The notes below the pieces were generated by a model. It saw only the letters and a list, made by a program, of their open reading frames with translations, was not told the DNA's origin and ran no database searches. A DNA stretch of 64,000 bases from Pseudomonadota bacterium. Lineage in GTDB: Bacteria > Pseudomonadota > Alphaproteobacteria > SP197. Below, in pieces: positions 10,240 to 19,063 of this stretch. The stretch's first letter is position 1; the number at the start of each line of letters is the position of its first letter. The DNA is taken from the NCBI GenBank assembly GCA_039028155.1, contig JBCCIS010000003.1:25904-89903 (forward strand), given 5' to 3'. Position numbers and translations under genes: made by a program.

Positions 10240-11841
10240 TTACTCGGCAAGATCGACGCCATAGAACGGATGACCGCCAAACGGATCGATTCTGTAGTCG
10301 ATCACGTCGTTCGTCATCGGCATGAAGACGACCGAATGGGCGATCGTCACCCACGGCGCCTCCTCCTTGAAGATCACCTGGGCTTCTTCATAGAGGCGTG
10401 TCCGCTCGTCCGGATCACTGCTCTGCTTGGCCTGCTGCAGAAGGCCGTCGAACGGCTCGTGACACCAGCGCGCACGGTTCGCGCCATCCGCGGCGGCGCA
10501 ACCCAGCAGGACATGCAGGAAGTTGTCGGGATCGCCGTTGTCGCCGGTCCAACCCAACAGCAGCATTTGATGCTCACCGTTCCGCGATCGGTCCAGATAC
10601 TCGCCCCACTCAAAGGTCACGATCTCGGCCTCGATGCCGATTTCGGCGAGGTCGGCCTGCATCAGCTCGGCCATGCGTTCGGCGTTCGGGTTATAGGGCC
10701 GCTGCACCGGCATCGCCCACAGGTCCGTCGAGAAGCCGTCGGGATAGCCGGCTTCGGCCAGCAATGCCTTGGCCTTTTCGGGATCGTACTCGTAGTCGGT
10801 GATGGCGTCGTTATAGGACCAGATTGTCGGCGGGATCGGGTTCTTGGCTTTCACGCCGGCACCCAGATAGACGGCTTCGATGATCGCGTCGCGATCGATC
10901 GCCATGTTGATGGCCTGGCGCACGCGCACATCGGTGAACGGATCCTTCTCCGTGTTCATGGCCAGATAGCCGACGTTCAGGCCTTCCTGCTGCATCACGT
11001 TGATGTCTGGATCGGCCATCATGGCTTCCAGATCAGCCGGGTTGGGATACGGCATGATGTGGCATTCGCCGGCCTGCAGCTTGTTGTAGCGCTGGGTCGG
11101 ATCGATCGTGATCAGGAAGACCAGCCGGTCGATCGGGGCGCGCCCGCGCCAATAGTCGTCAAAGGAGCGATAGTCGATGCGCTCGTCCTTGACGTAGCGC
11201 ACCATCTGGAAGGGGTCGGTGCCGATCGGCTCCAGGTCGAACGTATCGGGCGTGCCGGCCGCCATCATGGCATCGGCATACTCCGCCGACATGATGGACG
11301 CGAAATCCATGCCCAGATTGGCGATCATCGGCGCTTCGGGCTGGTTCAAGGTCATGACCACCGTCATGTCGTCGGTCTTCTCGACCGACTTCAGAAGGTT
11401 CGGCATGTCCATGCCCTGGAAGTACTCGTAACTGCCGCCGGACACGTTGTGATAGGGGTGCTCGGGATCGAGCTGACGGTTGAAGCTGAACAACACGTCG
11501 TCGGCGTTGAAATCGCGGGTCGGCGTGAAGTTGTCGCTTGACTGCCACTTCACACCAGGCCGCAGGTGAAACGTGTAGACAAGGCCGTCGTCGGAGACTT
11601 CCCAGCTTTCCGCCAGGGCCGGTTCAATGTTTGTCGAACCGCGCTCGAACTCGACCAGTCTGTTGAAGACATTGCGTGAGGATGCGTCAAACGTCGTACC
11701 GGCTGTATAGAGCGAAGGATTGAAACCTTCCGGGCTCGCTTCCGAACAGTAGACAAGTGTCTTTTCTGCTTGGGCTTCGCCCGCGGCAATACCAAAGGTC
11801 GCCAGCGCCGCGACCAGCGCTGTCAGCAACTTGTTGTTCAT
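10240..11841 (-). CDS. ABC transporter substrate-binding protein, family 5 (DppA/OppA-like), with signal peptide
   Basis: Start at the internal ATG preceded by GGAGGTAAC. Signal peptide [25 protein letters not shown]. Family-5 binding-protein fold over about 530 aa. Confidence 0.8.
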   Translation of the reverse strand: MNNKLLTALVAALATFGIAAGEAQAEKTLVYCSEASPEGFNPSLYTAGTTFDASSRNVFNRLVEFERGSTNIEPALAESWEVSDDGLVYTFHLRPGVKWQSSDNFTPTRDFNADDVLFSFNRQLDPEHPYHNVSGGSYEYFQGMDMPNLLKSVEKTDDMTVVMTLNQPEAPMIANLGMDFASIMSAEYADAMMAAGTPDTFDLEPIGTDPFQMVRYVKDERIDYRSFDDYWRGRAPIDRLVFLITIDPTQRYNKLQAGECHIMPYPNPADLEAMMADPDINVMQQEGLNVGYLAMNTEKDPFTDVRVRQAINMAIDRDAIIEAVYLGAGVKAKNPIPPTIWSYNDAITDYEYDPEKAKALLAEAGYPDGFSTDLWAMPVQRPYNPNAERMAELMQADLAEIGIEAEIVTFEWGEYLDRSRNGEHQMLLLGWTGDNGDPDNFLHVLLGCAAADGANRARWCHEPFDGLLQQAKQSSDPDERTRLYEEAQVIFKEEAPWVTIAHSVVFMPMTNDVIDYRIDPFGGHPFYGVDLAE

Positions 11842-11973
11842 GTTACCTCCGTAAGACGAATGACAGGGGCGAGTAAATCGCGCGTCATTCAACCACCCTT
11901 ATCTGCCCCTAAAGAGTGATTAAACCGTACCTGAATCGGGGTCAACGGATGTATGGCTCGTGTAAACTTGCCA

Positions 11974-11989
11974 TCACATAGAAATGTGA
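11974..11989. promoter_or_regulatory. 6-4-6 palindrome TCACAT-AGAA-ATGTGA in the divergent SBP/GST intergenic region
   Basis: Perfect inverted repeat seen directly, in a locally AT-richer stretch. It has the same ATAGAAAT core as a second palindrome at ~12182. Confidence 0.35.
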
Positions 11990-12181
11990 CGCGAAACCAA
12001 CAAACGATATACAAGTTTAAAATTCGGCAAACGCGTGATGCACAACCCAGCATGTTGCAACGCATCATGGGACAAAACTTTAGAATGGCATTAACAAACG
12101 CCATCAATCTGGCGGCATGTTGCCGGAACGCACGCGCCACATCGACCATCCGTCGTGCTCGGGGGTCGATTCAAGATCGGG

Positions 12182-12197
12182 CGCGATAGAAATCGCG
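12182..12197. promoter_or_regulatory. 6-4-6 palindrome CGCGAT-AGAA-ATCGCG (second copy of the ATAGAAAT-core operator-like site)
   Basis: Perfect inverted repeat about 200 bp from the first one, in the same intergenic region. Confidence 0.35.
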
Positions 12198-12393
12198 ACG
12201 AAATCATGGATAAGAAGGCCGAATGTCAGGCGGGAAGCCCTGAAGACGAAGTATTCCGCAAGGAACTCTTGAAGTTATCCAAGGCGACGACCTTGGTGCG
12301 CTGGCGCAGACGGGAAAAATGTCGGGGCGTCTTGCTCGAAGACTGCGCACAGACGTAAACACGGGCCCATAGGCGCCATCGATCGAGGGAGAC

Positions 12394-13053
12394 ATGACCA
12401 TGCTGAAAGTCTGGGGACGCGCGACATCATCGAACGTGCAAAAGGTCATGTGGGCCATCGGAGAGCTTGGCCTTGACCACGAGCGCATCGATCTGGGCGG
12501 CCAGCATGGCGGGCTCGATACGGATGCGTACGGCAAGCTTAATCCGAACCGGGTCGTGCCGACCCTGGAAGACCGCGGCCGGGTGATCTGGGAATCGAAC
12601 GCCATCGTGCGCTACATCGCCGCGCAATACGGTGCCGGCTCTCTGTGGCCACAGGACCCAGGCGAACGCGCGTTGGCCGATATGTGGATGGACTGGGCGG
12701 CGACGACGATCCGCGACGACTATGTGACAGTGTTCTTCGGCCTGGTCCGTATCCCGCCCGAACACCGCGACATGGATGCCATCAACAGAGCGATCGTCCG
12801 ACTAAATGGGATCTACGCCAAGCTGGACGCCCATCTTGCCGGACGCGACTTCATCGCGGGCGATCACCTGACCATGGGCGACATTCCCGCCGGCATGACG
12901 CTGTTTCGTTACTATGACATGCCGCTGGATCGCCCTTCGCTGCCCAACCTGGAAGCATGGTATGCCCGCCTTCAGGAACGCGCGGCGTATCGCGAGCACG
13001 TCATGGTGAGTTACGAAAGCCTGCGCAACGACACGATCCCCCAGAACGACTGA
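12394..13053 (+). CDS. Glutathione S-transferase
   Basis: N-terminal thioredoxin-like GST fold (KVWGRATSSNVQKVMWAIGELGL...VVPTLED...ESNAIVRYI) and a C-terminal helical domain. Confidence 0.8.
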   Translation: MTMLKVWGRATSSNVQKVMWAIGELGLDHERIDLGGQHGGLDTDAYGKLNPNRVVPTLEDRGRVIWESNAIVRYIAAQYGAGSLWPQDPGERALADMWMDWAATTIRDDYVTVFFGLVRIPPEHRDMDAINRAIVRLNGIYAKLDAHLAGRDFIAGDHLTMGDIPAGMTLFRYYDMPLDRPSLPNLEAWYARLQERAAYREHVMVSYESLRNDTIPQND

Positions 13054-13221
13054 GGCGGCCATACCCTCGCCCGCTTGACCTGAAACCGAGGACGGCACCG
13101 TCACGATGGGGTCATAGGGTTCGGGCACACGCCAGCGACCGTGCTCGCAGGAAGCGCCTTCGTGTTGCGGCCACAAGGGTGGCCGTCCAGGATGGCGCTG
13201 AGACTTTAGGAGTTTCAGATC

Positions 13222-14259
13222 ATGCCGCTCTTGACCACGACCATCGGCGCCTTCCCCAAACCGGATTATGTGCCGCGCCGCGCCTGGTTTCACGACGTCG
13301 CGGCGGTCGGTGAGGCAGACGGCGACGATCTGAACGACGAGCAGGTTCTGGCCATCCATGATCGCGCCACGATCGACGTGGTCGAGGCGCAGGCCGACGC
13401 CGGCATCGACATACCGACCGACGGCGAGGTGCGCCGCGAAAACTATATCCACTACCACTGCCGCCACATGACCGGCTTCGAACCGGAGACGTTGACCGAG
13501 CGCGCCATGCGCAACGGCGCCTGGGTCGATGCGGTGCCCACCTTCACCGGCCCGATCAAGCCGACCGAGCCGTTTCTGCCGCGCGACTACCAGGTCGCCC
13601 AGGCCGCCACCGACCGGCCGGTGAAGATCACCGTCCCCGGGCCGCTGACCATTTCCGATTCAACGGCCGACCTGCACTATGGCGACGTGAAGGCCTGGTG
13701 CGGCGACCTGGCAGACGCCTTGAACGCGGAAATCCTGGCCTTGGCAGAAGCCGGCTGCCGGCACATCCAGGTCGACGAGCCGCTGTTTGCGCGCTTGCCC
13801 GATCAGGCTCTCGACTACGGTGTCGAAAACCTGGAGCGCTGTTTCCACGGCGTGCCCAGGCAGGTGACCCGCACCATGCACATGTGCTGCGGCTATCCCG
13901 ACAAGCTGGACGAGACCGACTATGTGAAGGCCGACCCCGAGGTTTATCAGCGGCTGGCCGGCGCCCTCGACGCAGCGGCGATCGACGCGGTGTCATTGGA
14001 GGATGCCCACCGGCATAACGACCTGTCTCTGCTGGAAAAATTCCAGTCGACCAAGGTGATTTTCGGCGCCGTTGAGATCGCGTCGAGCCAGATCGAGACC
14101 GTCGAACACATCAGCGCCCGGCTCGAGCAGGCCCTGCAGCACATCGACGCCGACCGGCTGCTCGCCGCGCCCGATTGCGGTCTAATCATGCTGGGCCACG
14201 ATCTCGCCGTCGCCAAGCTCAAGAATCTCGCCGAAGCCGCCCATAGCATCCCGACATGA
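13222..14259 (+). CDS. Cobalamin-independent methionine synthase (MetE) C-terminal-domain-like protein
   Basis: MPLLTTTIGAFPKP start and a UroD/MetE-like barrel. At about 345 aa it corresponds to only the catalytic half of MetE. Confidence 0.7.
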   Translation: MPLLTTTIGAFPKPDYVPRRAWFHDVAAVGEADGDDLNDEQVLAIHDRATIDVVEAQADAGIDIPTDGEVRRENYIHYHCRHMTGFEPETLTERAMRNGAWVDAVPTFTGPIKPTEPFLPRDYQVAQAATDRPVKITVPGPLTISDSTADLHYGDVKAWCGDLADALNAEILALAEAGCRHIQVDEPLFARLPDQALDYGVENLERCFHGVPRQVTRTMHMCCGYPDKLDETDYVKADPEVYQRLAGALDAAAIDAVSLEDAHRHNDLSLLEKFQSTKVIFGAVEIASSQIETVEHISARLEQALQHIDADRLLAAPDCGLIMLGHDLAVAKLKNLAEAAHSIPT

Positions 14260-14413
14260 GCCTGTTTCCGATGTGATCGCCGACACATTGAATAAACGCA
14301 TGGCAGACCCACATATTCGGCAGTTCTCCAACGGTGTCGGCCGCCCACATCATGGAGCCCTGGATGTTGACGAGACGTCATAACGACGGCCAGCCCAGCG
14401 AAAGGAGTTCGCC

Positions 14414-14566
14414 ATGAGCAAGTTTTTCAAGAAGCATGATGCGAGCCACGCTCGCAACACGGACAAGTACGACCGGCGCGACCACGGCGGGTCGAACGGA
14501 TCGACCGTAACAAGCGCCCTGATCGAGACCGTCTGGAACCCATTCTTCGTGCTCGGCCGCCGCTAA
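14414..14566 (+). CDS. Small hypothetical protein (50 aa), absent from the ORF track
   Basis: Strong Shine-Dalgarno AAAGGAG 6 nt upstream of the ATG. GC3-biased codons throughout. Product MSKFFKKHDASHARNTDKYDRRDHGGSNGSTVTSALIETVWNPFFVLGRR. Confidence 0.45.
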   Translation: MSKFFKKHDASHARNTDKYDRRDHGGSNGSTVTSALIETVWNPFFVLGRR

Positions 14567-14589
14567 GGCGCCGCCAACCACCCCATCCT

Positions 14590-14800
14590 CATCCCGGCCA
14601 AGCACAGCGCGAGCCGGGATCCACGAACACGGTATCCGACGCGTTGGCCATGATCGCGCCAACGCGTCTTAGTGTGCGTTCTTGGCCCCTTGTGTGTTGC
14701 GGCAGTGCGATGATGGTCGCGGACGGAAGACCGTTCGGTACGTTTGCGAAAACCGCATCGACGCCGTGTGCACAGAGCGTGTCTTTCAGAACGCCCCGTG
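14590..14800 (-). pseudogene. Degenerate partial duplicate of the 3' end of the adjacent glycerophosphodiester phosphodiesterase gene
   Basis: The minus-strand translation ...VCRVTRGVLKDTLCAHGVDAVFANVPNG... parallels the GDPD C-terminus ...VVCYTVNDAAKAQSLFARGVDAVFTDVPDV. About 70% nucleotide identity over roughly 60 bp. There is no start codon, and an in-frame stop lies inside the neighbouring repeat. Confidence 0.5.
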
Positions 14801-14812
14801 TAACGCGGCATA

Positions 14813-14937
14813 CCCCCTCACCCTATTTCGGCTAGGGCGCTGGTGCGCCCAAGCCTGCGCATCCCTCTCCCTCAAGGGGCGAGGGAAACAAAAAAATGGA
14901 CCCCCTCTCCCCTTGAGGGAGAGGGCCGGGGTGAGGG
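14813..14937. repeat. Small TIR-bounded palindromic element (MITE/REP-like)
   Basis: Terminal inverted repeats CCCCCTCACCC / GGGGTGAGGGG. Internal hairpins TCCCTC-AAGGGGC-GAGGGA and CCCTCTCC-CCTTGA-GGAGAGGG. An A7 tract. A GC palindrome GCGCGCGGCGGCGCGCC follows. It lies between the GDPD gene and its truncated duplicate. Confidence 0.5.
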
Positions 14938-14964
14938 GTCGCGCGCGGCGGCGCGCCAGATAAC

Positions 14965-15702
14965 TTACCTTAGCACCGGTAGGATGACGTCAGGCACGTC
15001 CGTGAACACCGCATCGACACCGCGCGCGAAGAGCGACTGGGCTTTCGCCGCGTCGTTGACCGTGTAGCAGACGACCTGACGGCCGGCCGCCTTGACGGCG
15101 CGGATCTGTGCGTCCGTGACCTGACGTTCGGAGAAATGCACGGACATGCAGCCGAGGACGCGCGCACCTATCGACCATTGCCAGCGCGACCGGCGCCATA
15201 TATTCAGCCCGGTCGGCACGTCGGGCCGCGCCTGACGGAACCCCATCAGACAACGCAACACGAAGCTTGAGACCAGTGGCCTGGGACGACCGGGCGGCCA
15301 TGCCTTGTCCAATGTCGCGCCGACGACACGGCCGGTGCGCCAGGCTTCGCCGGGGTTCGTCTTGATCTCGATGTTGGGGCGCATGCCGAGGTCGTGGATG
15401 GCGTCGAGCGCGTCGATCAGGGTCAGGACCCTCTCGCCGGCAAAGCGCGGATCAAACCACGCGCCGGCATCCAGTCGTTTCAGTTCGTCAGCTGTCTTCG
15501 CCGCGACCGGCCCGGTGCCGTCAGTGGTGCGGTCCAACGTGTCGTCGTGCACCAGAACCGGCACGCCGTCCTTGGACAGGCGCACATCGAACTCAACCCA
15601 GTCCAGGCCGAACGCGGCCGCCGCCTTGAACCCGGCGAGTGTATTCTCCGGTGCATGGGCGGCGGCGCCCCGATGCCCGATGACACGCGGCAGGTCGATC
15701 AA
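14965..15702 (-). CDS. Glycerophosphodiester phosphodiesterase (GDPD/UgpQ family)
   Basis: VIGHRGAAAHAPENTLAGF...WVEFDVRLSKDGVPVLVHDDTLDRTTDG is the GDPD signature. Start is ambiguous. A TTG at 15702 lies 8 bp from the upstream gene stop and is preferred. The alternative ATG at 15792 would overlap the upstream gene by 82 bp. Confidence 0.7.
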   Translation of the reverse strand: MIDLPRVIGHRGAAAHAPENTLAGFKAAAAFGLDWVEFDVRLSKDGVPVLVHDDTLDRTTDGTGPVAAKTADELKRLDAGAWFDPRFAGERVLTLIDALDAIHDLGMRPNIEIKTNPGEAWRTGRVVGATLDKAWPPGRPRPLVSSFVLRCLMGFRQARPDVPTGLNIWRRSRWQWSIGARVLGCMSVHFSERQVTDAQIRAVKAAGRQVVCYTVNDAAKAQSLFARGVDAVFTDVPDVILPVLR

Positions 15703-15710
15703 TCGGCGCC

Positions 15711-16874
15711 TCAGGCGATCAGGGCGTCCTGGCCGCGCTTGGCCAGACTGTGGGCGATAATCATGCGTTGGATCTCCGAGGTGCCTTCCCAAATCCGATC
15801 GACGCGCAGTTCCCTATAATAGCGTTCGGCGACATTTTCACGCATGTAGCCGCGCCCGCCGAAAACTTGCACCGCGCGGTCGGCCACCCGGTTGGCCATC
15901 TCCGAGCAATAGAGCTTTGCCATGGAGCACATGGCGTGCTGCACCTTGACGTCCTCGCCATCGTCGATTGCCTGCGCCAGGCGGTAGACCATCAGGCGAC
16001 CGGCCCAAAGTTCCGTCACGCAGTCGGCAAGCGGAAACTGCACCGCCTGGTTCTCAAAGATCGGTTTGCCGAACTGGACACGCTCCTTGGCGAACGCCGT
16101 CGCCTCGTCGATCAGCCGGCTCGCCGCGCCGCAGCAGCGCGCCGCGATGCCCAACCGTTCCTGACGGAACCATTCATAGGTCCAGGTGATGCCGTTGCCT
16201 TCGGGATCGATCAGGTTGTCAGCGGGCACCTTAACGTCGGTGAACTGCATGATCAGGTGGTGCGAGGGATAGGTGTGGGTATAGGCCGGCGTTCTGACGG
16301 TCTCGACGCCGGGCGTATCCTTGTCCAGATAGAACAGCGCATGCGTGCCGTCCTCCAGCTTGGCCTGGAAGATAAGGATGTCGGCCCTGTTGGCGCCGGT
16401 GACATGCCACTTAAGGCCGTTCAGCACATAGCCGTTGCCCTGCTTCTTGGCCGTCGCCTCGATGGCGTCGACGTCGGACCCGGCGCCTTCTTCCGTGATC
16501 GCGTAGCACTCATTCTTCGCGCCGGACAAAAGGTCCTTCACGTAGTGCTCCATCTGATACTCGGTCGCGGTGTGCAGCAGGAACGGCGACATGTCGTGAT
16601 AGCACCAACCCAGCCCGTTCGTGGTGCGCCCGATCTCTTCCTGGATCACCGCAATCTCGATCATCGAGAGTTCGGCGCCGCCGTGTTCTTTCGGGATCGA
16701 CGGCATGAAGAGACCCATTTCCTTGGTCATCTGTTTGTGCTTGGCGCGCACGTCTTCGGGGATCTCGCCGTCGTTCATCTCGGCGTGCACTTCCCAGGGG
16801 ATGAGTTCGCTGTCGACAAAGGGCCGCAGTTTCTCCTGCCAGACGCGGGCGGACTCGGGCAGCGGATAGGACAT
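15711..16874 (-). CDS. Acyl-CoA dehydrogenase
   Basis: ACAD fold with a C-terminal YYRELRVDRIWEGTSEIQRMIIA motif. Start at the internal ATG with a GGAGCG RBS. The track ORF carries an unsupported 54-aa N-terminal extension. Confidence 0.85.
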   Translation of the reverse strand: MSYPLPESARVWQEKLRPFVDSELIPWEVHAEMNDGEIPEDVRAKHKQMTKEMGLFMPSIPKEHGGAELSMIEIAVIQEEIGRTTNGLGWCYHDMSPFLLHTATEYQMEHYVKDLLSGAKNECYAITEEGAGSDVDAIEATAKKQGNGYVLNGLKWHVTGANRADILIFQAKLEDGTHALFYLDKDTPGVETVRTPAYTHTYPSHHLIMQFTDVKVPADNLIDPEGNGITWTYEWFRQERLGIAARCCGAASRLIDEATAFAKERVQFGKPIFENQAVQFPLADCVTELWAGRLMVYRLAQAIDDGEDVKVQHAMCSMAKLYCSEMANRVADRAVQVFGGRGYMRENVAERYYRELRVDRIWEGTSEIQRMIIAHSLAKRGQDALIA

Positions 16875-16947
16875 GGTTCGCGCTCCTTGCGTGACGGTGC
16901 CGGCCGGTTGGCCCGGCCGCACCGGCCGCGTTGTTTTCGAATGGATG

Positions 16948-18852
16948 CTACTCTGCGGCCTCGGCGAAGCCTTTCGCAAGACGCTCATTGGCCTCGGCGA
17001 CGGTGCCGCCGTTCGGCGCCACGTCCAACTCGGCAACCGGAAGGCGTGCGCGCACGTTGTTGTGGAAGGCCGCCAGGCAACGTTCCTTTTCGGAGAAGTA
17101 GCCTGTCGTGTAGGCGCCGGACTCCAGGCCCTGCTGCACGCGCAGGATGAGTTCGTCGTCCTCGTTCTGGACCTGGCTGTTGATTCGGTTGTTCAGCCAG
17201 CGCGCCGCCTTGACCTCGCGCCGTTCGTCGGCCAGGCCGAAGTTGCGCGAGCGCAGCACGCACTTGCCGGGCCCCAGGGGCACGACGTGGAAGAAGCTCA
17301 CCTGATCGGGATAGATGTCGAACGACTGGTTGGGAAACAGGCTGTAATAGCTCCAACTGCGCTGGCGGTCGTCCGGCAGATGATCGAAGCGCGGCAGCAA
17401 CCGCATGTAGAGCCCCTCGGCCCACTGGTTCGACGGCTTGTCGACCATCAACGAATGGGCGCGGCAGGTCGCGCGCTCGTCGGCATCGACCCAGTAGTTG
17501 GCGCCGAACATGCGGTAAAGACCGGGGTGGCCGACATTGATGTGATAACCCTCCAGGTAGTTATCCATCATGTTCTTCCAGTCGACGTCGATGACCTCGC
17601 CGACCCAGCACGAATCAATTGGCTGCAACTCGGCGAAGCGGTACGGCGCCAGCTCATCCTCATAGGCCGCCAGCAGTTCGCCGACGCGCGGGCCGCCGTC
17701 ATCGGAAAGCCGGACGAAGATGAAGCCGTTCCACGTGTCGATCTCAACCGGCTTCAGGCCGAACTTCGCGACATCCAGATCGGGGAACGTTTCCTTGGCG
17801 GGCATTGCCTTCAGGCTGCCGTCATAGTTATAGGACCAGCCGTGATAGGGGCAGACGATGTTAAAACGGTGGTTGCCTTGGCGGCCGGGGCACAGACGCG
17901 CGGCGCGATGGCGGCACACGTTGTGAAATGCCCGGAACGTGCCCTGCTTGTCGCGGATCACGACGACACGCCGGTTGGCGTAATCCAGCGTCAGGTAGTC
18001 GCCGGGTTTCTCGAACTCGCTTGTGTGACCGACGATCTGCCAGGACGCGTCGATCAGATCGCTCATCTCCAGTTCGAAGAACTCGTTGTTGTTGTATGTC
18101 CAGGCAGGCAGCGTCTTGGTCGCGCCGGCCGGTGCGCTCGCTGATGTGCCGGGTGACGACGTGCCGGTCGGCGGCGATACCGGCTCCGCCGGACGCGCGG
18201 CATTCAGGTCCGTCACCTTGTCGTCGGGCTCGCCGCCAAAATCGTCGGGGAAGAACGCCGCCAACACCGCGATGATCGAACGGCGCACCTCGCTGCGGTC
18301 ATAGGTCTCGCCATAGAACAACAGGTCGTACTGGAACCCCTGCTGCATGGCGCTCAGCGTGCGCGCGATGCGCGCGGCGTCCAGATGATCGAAACCGCGC
18401 GCGGCGATCAGCTCGGCGATCGGGCGGCGCAACTCGTCCTGAAAGCGGTCGTCCATGGCGCCACAAAGATCGCTATAGGTCTCGCGGCCCTTGGCCTCGG
18501 CCAGGAACGCGACCCAGGCCGCGGTACGATCAAGTGTCCAGTTGCGCGGGTGAAGGTCGGCGTCGACCAGCGCCAGGACACGCGCGGCCGGGTCGTCGCC
18601 AGCCGCTGCCAGACCGTCCTGCCAGATCGCCACGTAGCCATCGGCCAGATAGCGCATGGTCTCCAGGAACAACGCGTCCTTGCTGTCGAAGTAGAAGCCA
18701 ACGATGCCACGCGACAATCCGGATTCGTCGGAAACATCGCTCAACGTGGTGCGCGCATAGCCGTGTTTGCTGATGGCGCGAATGGTGGCGTCGATAAGCT
18801 GCTGGCGGCGCTCGTCCTTGCGGTCGCGGGTGGTGTCGTTCATGGCAGTCAT
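16948..18852 (-). CDS. Fusion protein: TetR/BetI-like HTH regulator (N-terminal ~215 aa) fused to a Rieske non-heme iron oxygenase alpha subunit (GbcA/Stc2/CntA-like)
   Basis: N-terminus RRQQLIDATIRAISKHGYARTTLSDVSDESGLSRGIVGFYF is a TetR-type HTH. A Pro/Ser/Thr linker follows. Then YNNNEFFELE, the Rieske CRHR...CPYHGW motif and a catalytic domain (NYLEGYHINVGHPGLY). The reading frame is continuous with no internal stop. Confidence 0.75.
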   Translation of the reverse strand: MTAMNDTTRDRKDERRQQLIDATIRAISKHGYARTTLSDVSDESGLSRGIVGFYFDSKDALFLETMRYLADGYVAIWQDGLAAAGDDPAARVLALVDADLHPRNWTLDRTAAWVAFLAEAKGRETYSDLCGAMDDRFQDELRRPIAELIAARGFDHLDAARIARTLSAMQQGFQYDLLFYGETYDRSEVRRSIIAVLAAFFPDDFGGEPDDKVTDLNAARPAEPVSPPTGTSSPGTSASAPAGATKTLPAWTYNNNEFFELEMSDLIDASWQIVGHTSEFEKPGDYLTLDYANRRVVVIRDKQGTFRAFHNVCRHRAARLCPGRQGNHRFNIVCPYHGWSYNYDGSLKAMPAKETFPDLDVAKFGLKPVEIDTWNGFIFVRLSDDGGPRVGELLAAYEDELAPYRFAELQPIDSCWVGEVIDVDWKNMMDNYLEGYHINVGHPGLYRMFGANYWVDADERATCRAHSLMVDKPSNQWAEGLYMRLLPRFDHLPDDRQRSWSYYSLFPNQSFDIYPDQVSFFHVVPLGPGKCVLRSRNFGLADERREVKAARWLNNRINSQVQNEDDELILRVQQGLESGAYTTGYFSEKERCLAAFHNNVRARLPVAELDVAPNGGTVAEANERLAKGFAEAAE

Positions 18853-19063
18853 CTCAAGAATTGGCAGTTTTTAAGGTGATTGGAGACTACCACACTACTT
18901 GGCTGAACGTCCAGCCAAATCTTCACCTACCTGGCAGGAACCGGGCGTGACACGCGACTCGGCAAGATCCTTTACATGTCGTCTGCGGGGTTCAGACTGC
19001 GTGTATGCGGTCGCCACCGCCGCCGGTGACGGCCGCCTAAAACCCAACAAGGAGGCTGCCGTG

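Noticed and set aside
12206-12358. 50-codon ORF with LVRWRR motif, a possible IS/transposase HTH remnant
   Set aside because: The resemblance to an IS3-type OrfA HTH is too weak. There are no inverted repeats or transposase catalytic residues nearby. It is mentioned only as context for the palindrome finding.
15750-18144. Long plus-strand ORFs (466 aa and 423 aa)
   Set aside because: They are antisense to the acyl-CoA dehydrogenase and TetR-Rieske genes. The products are Arg/Gly/Ala-rich and low-complexity, the usual GC-rich shadow ORFs.
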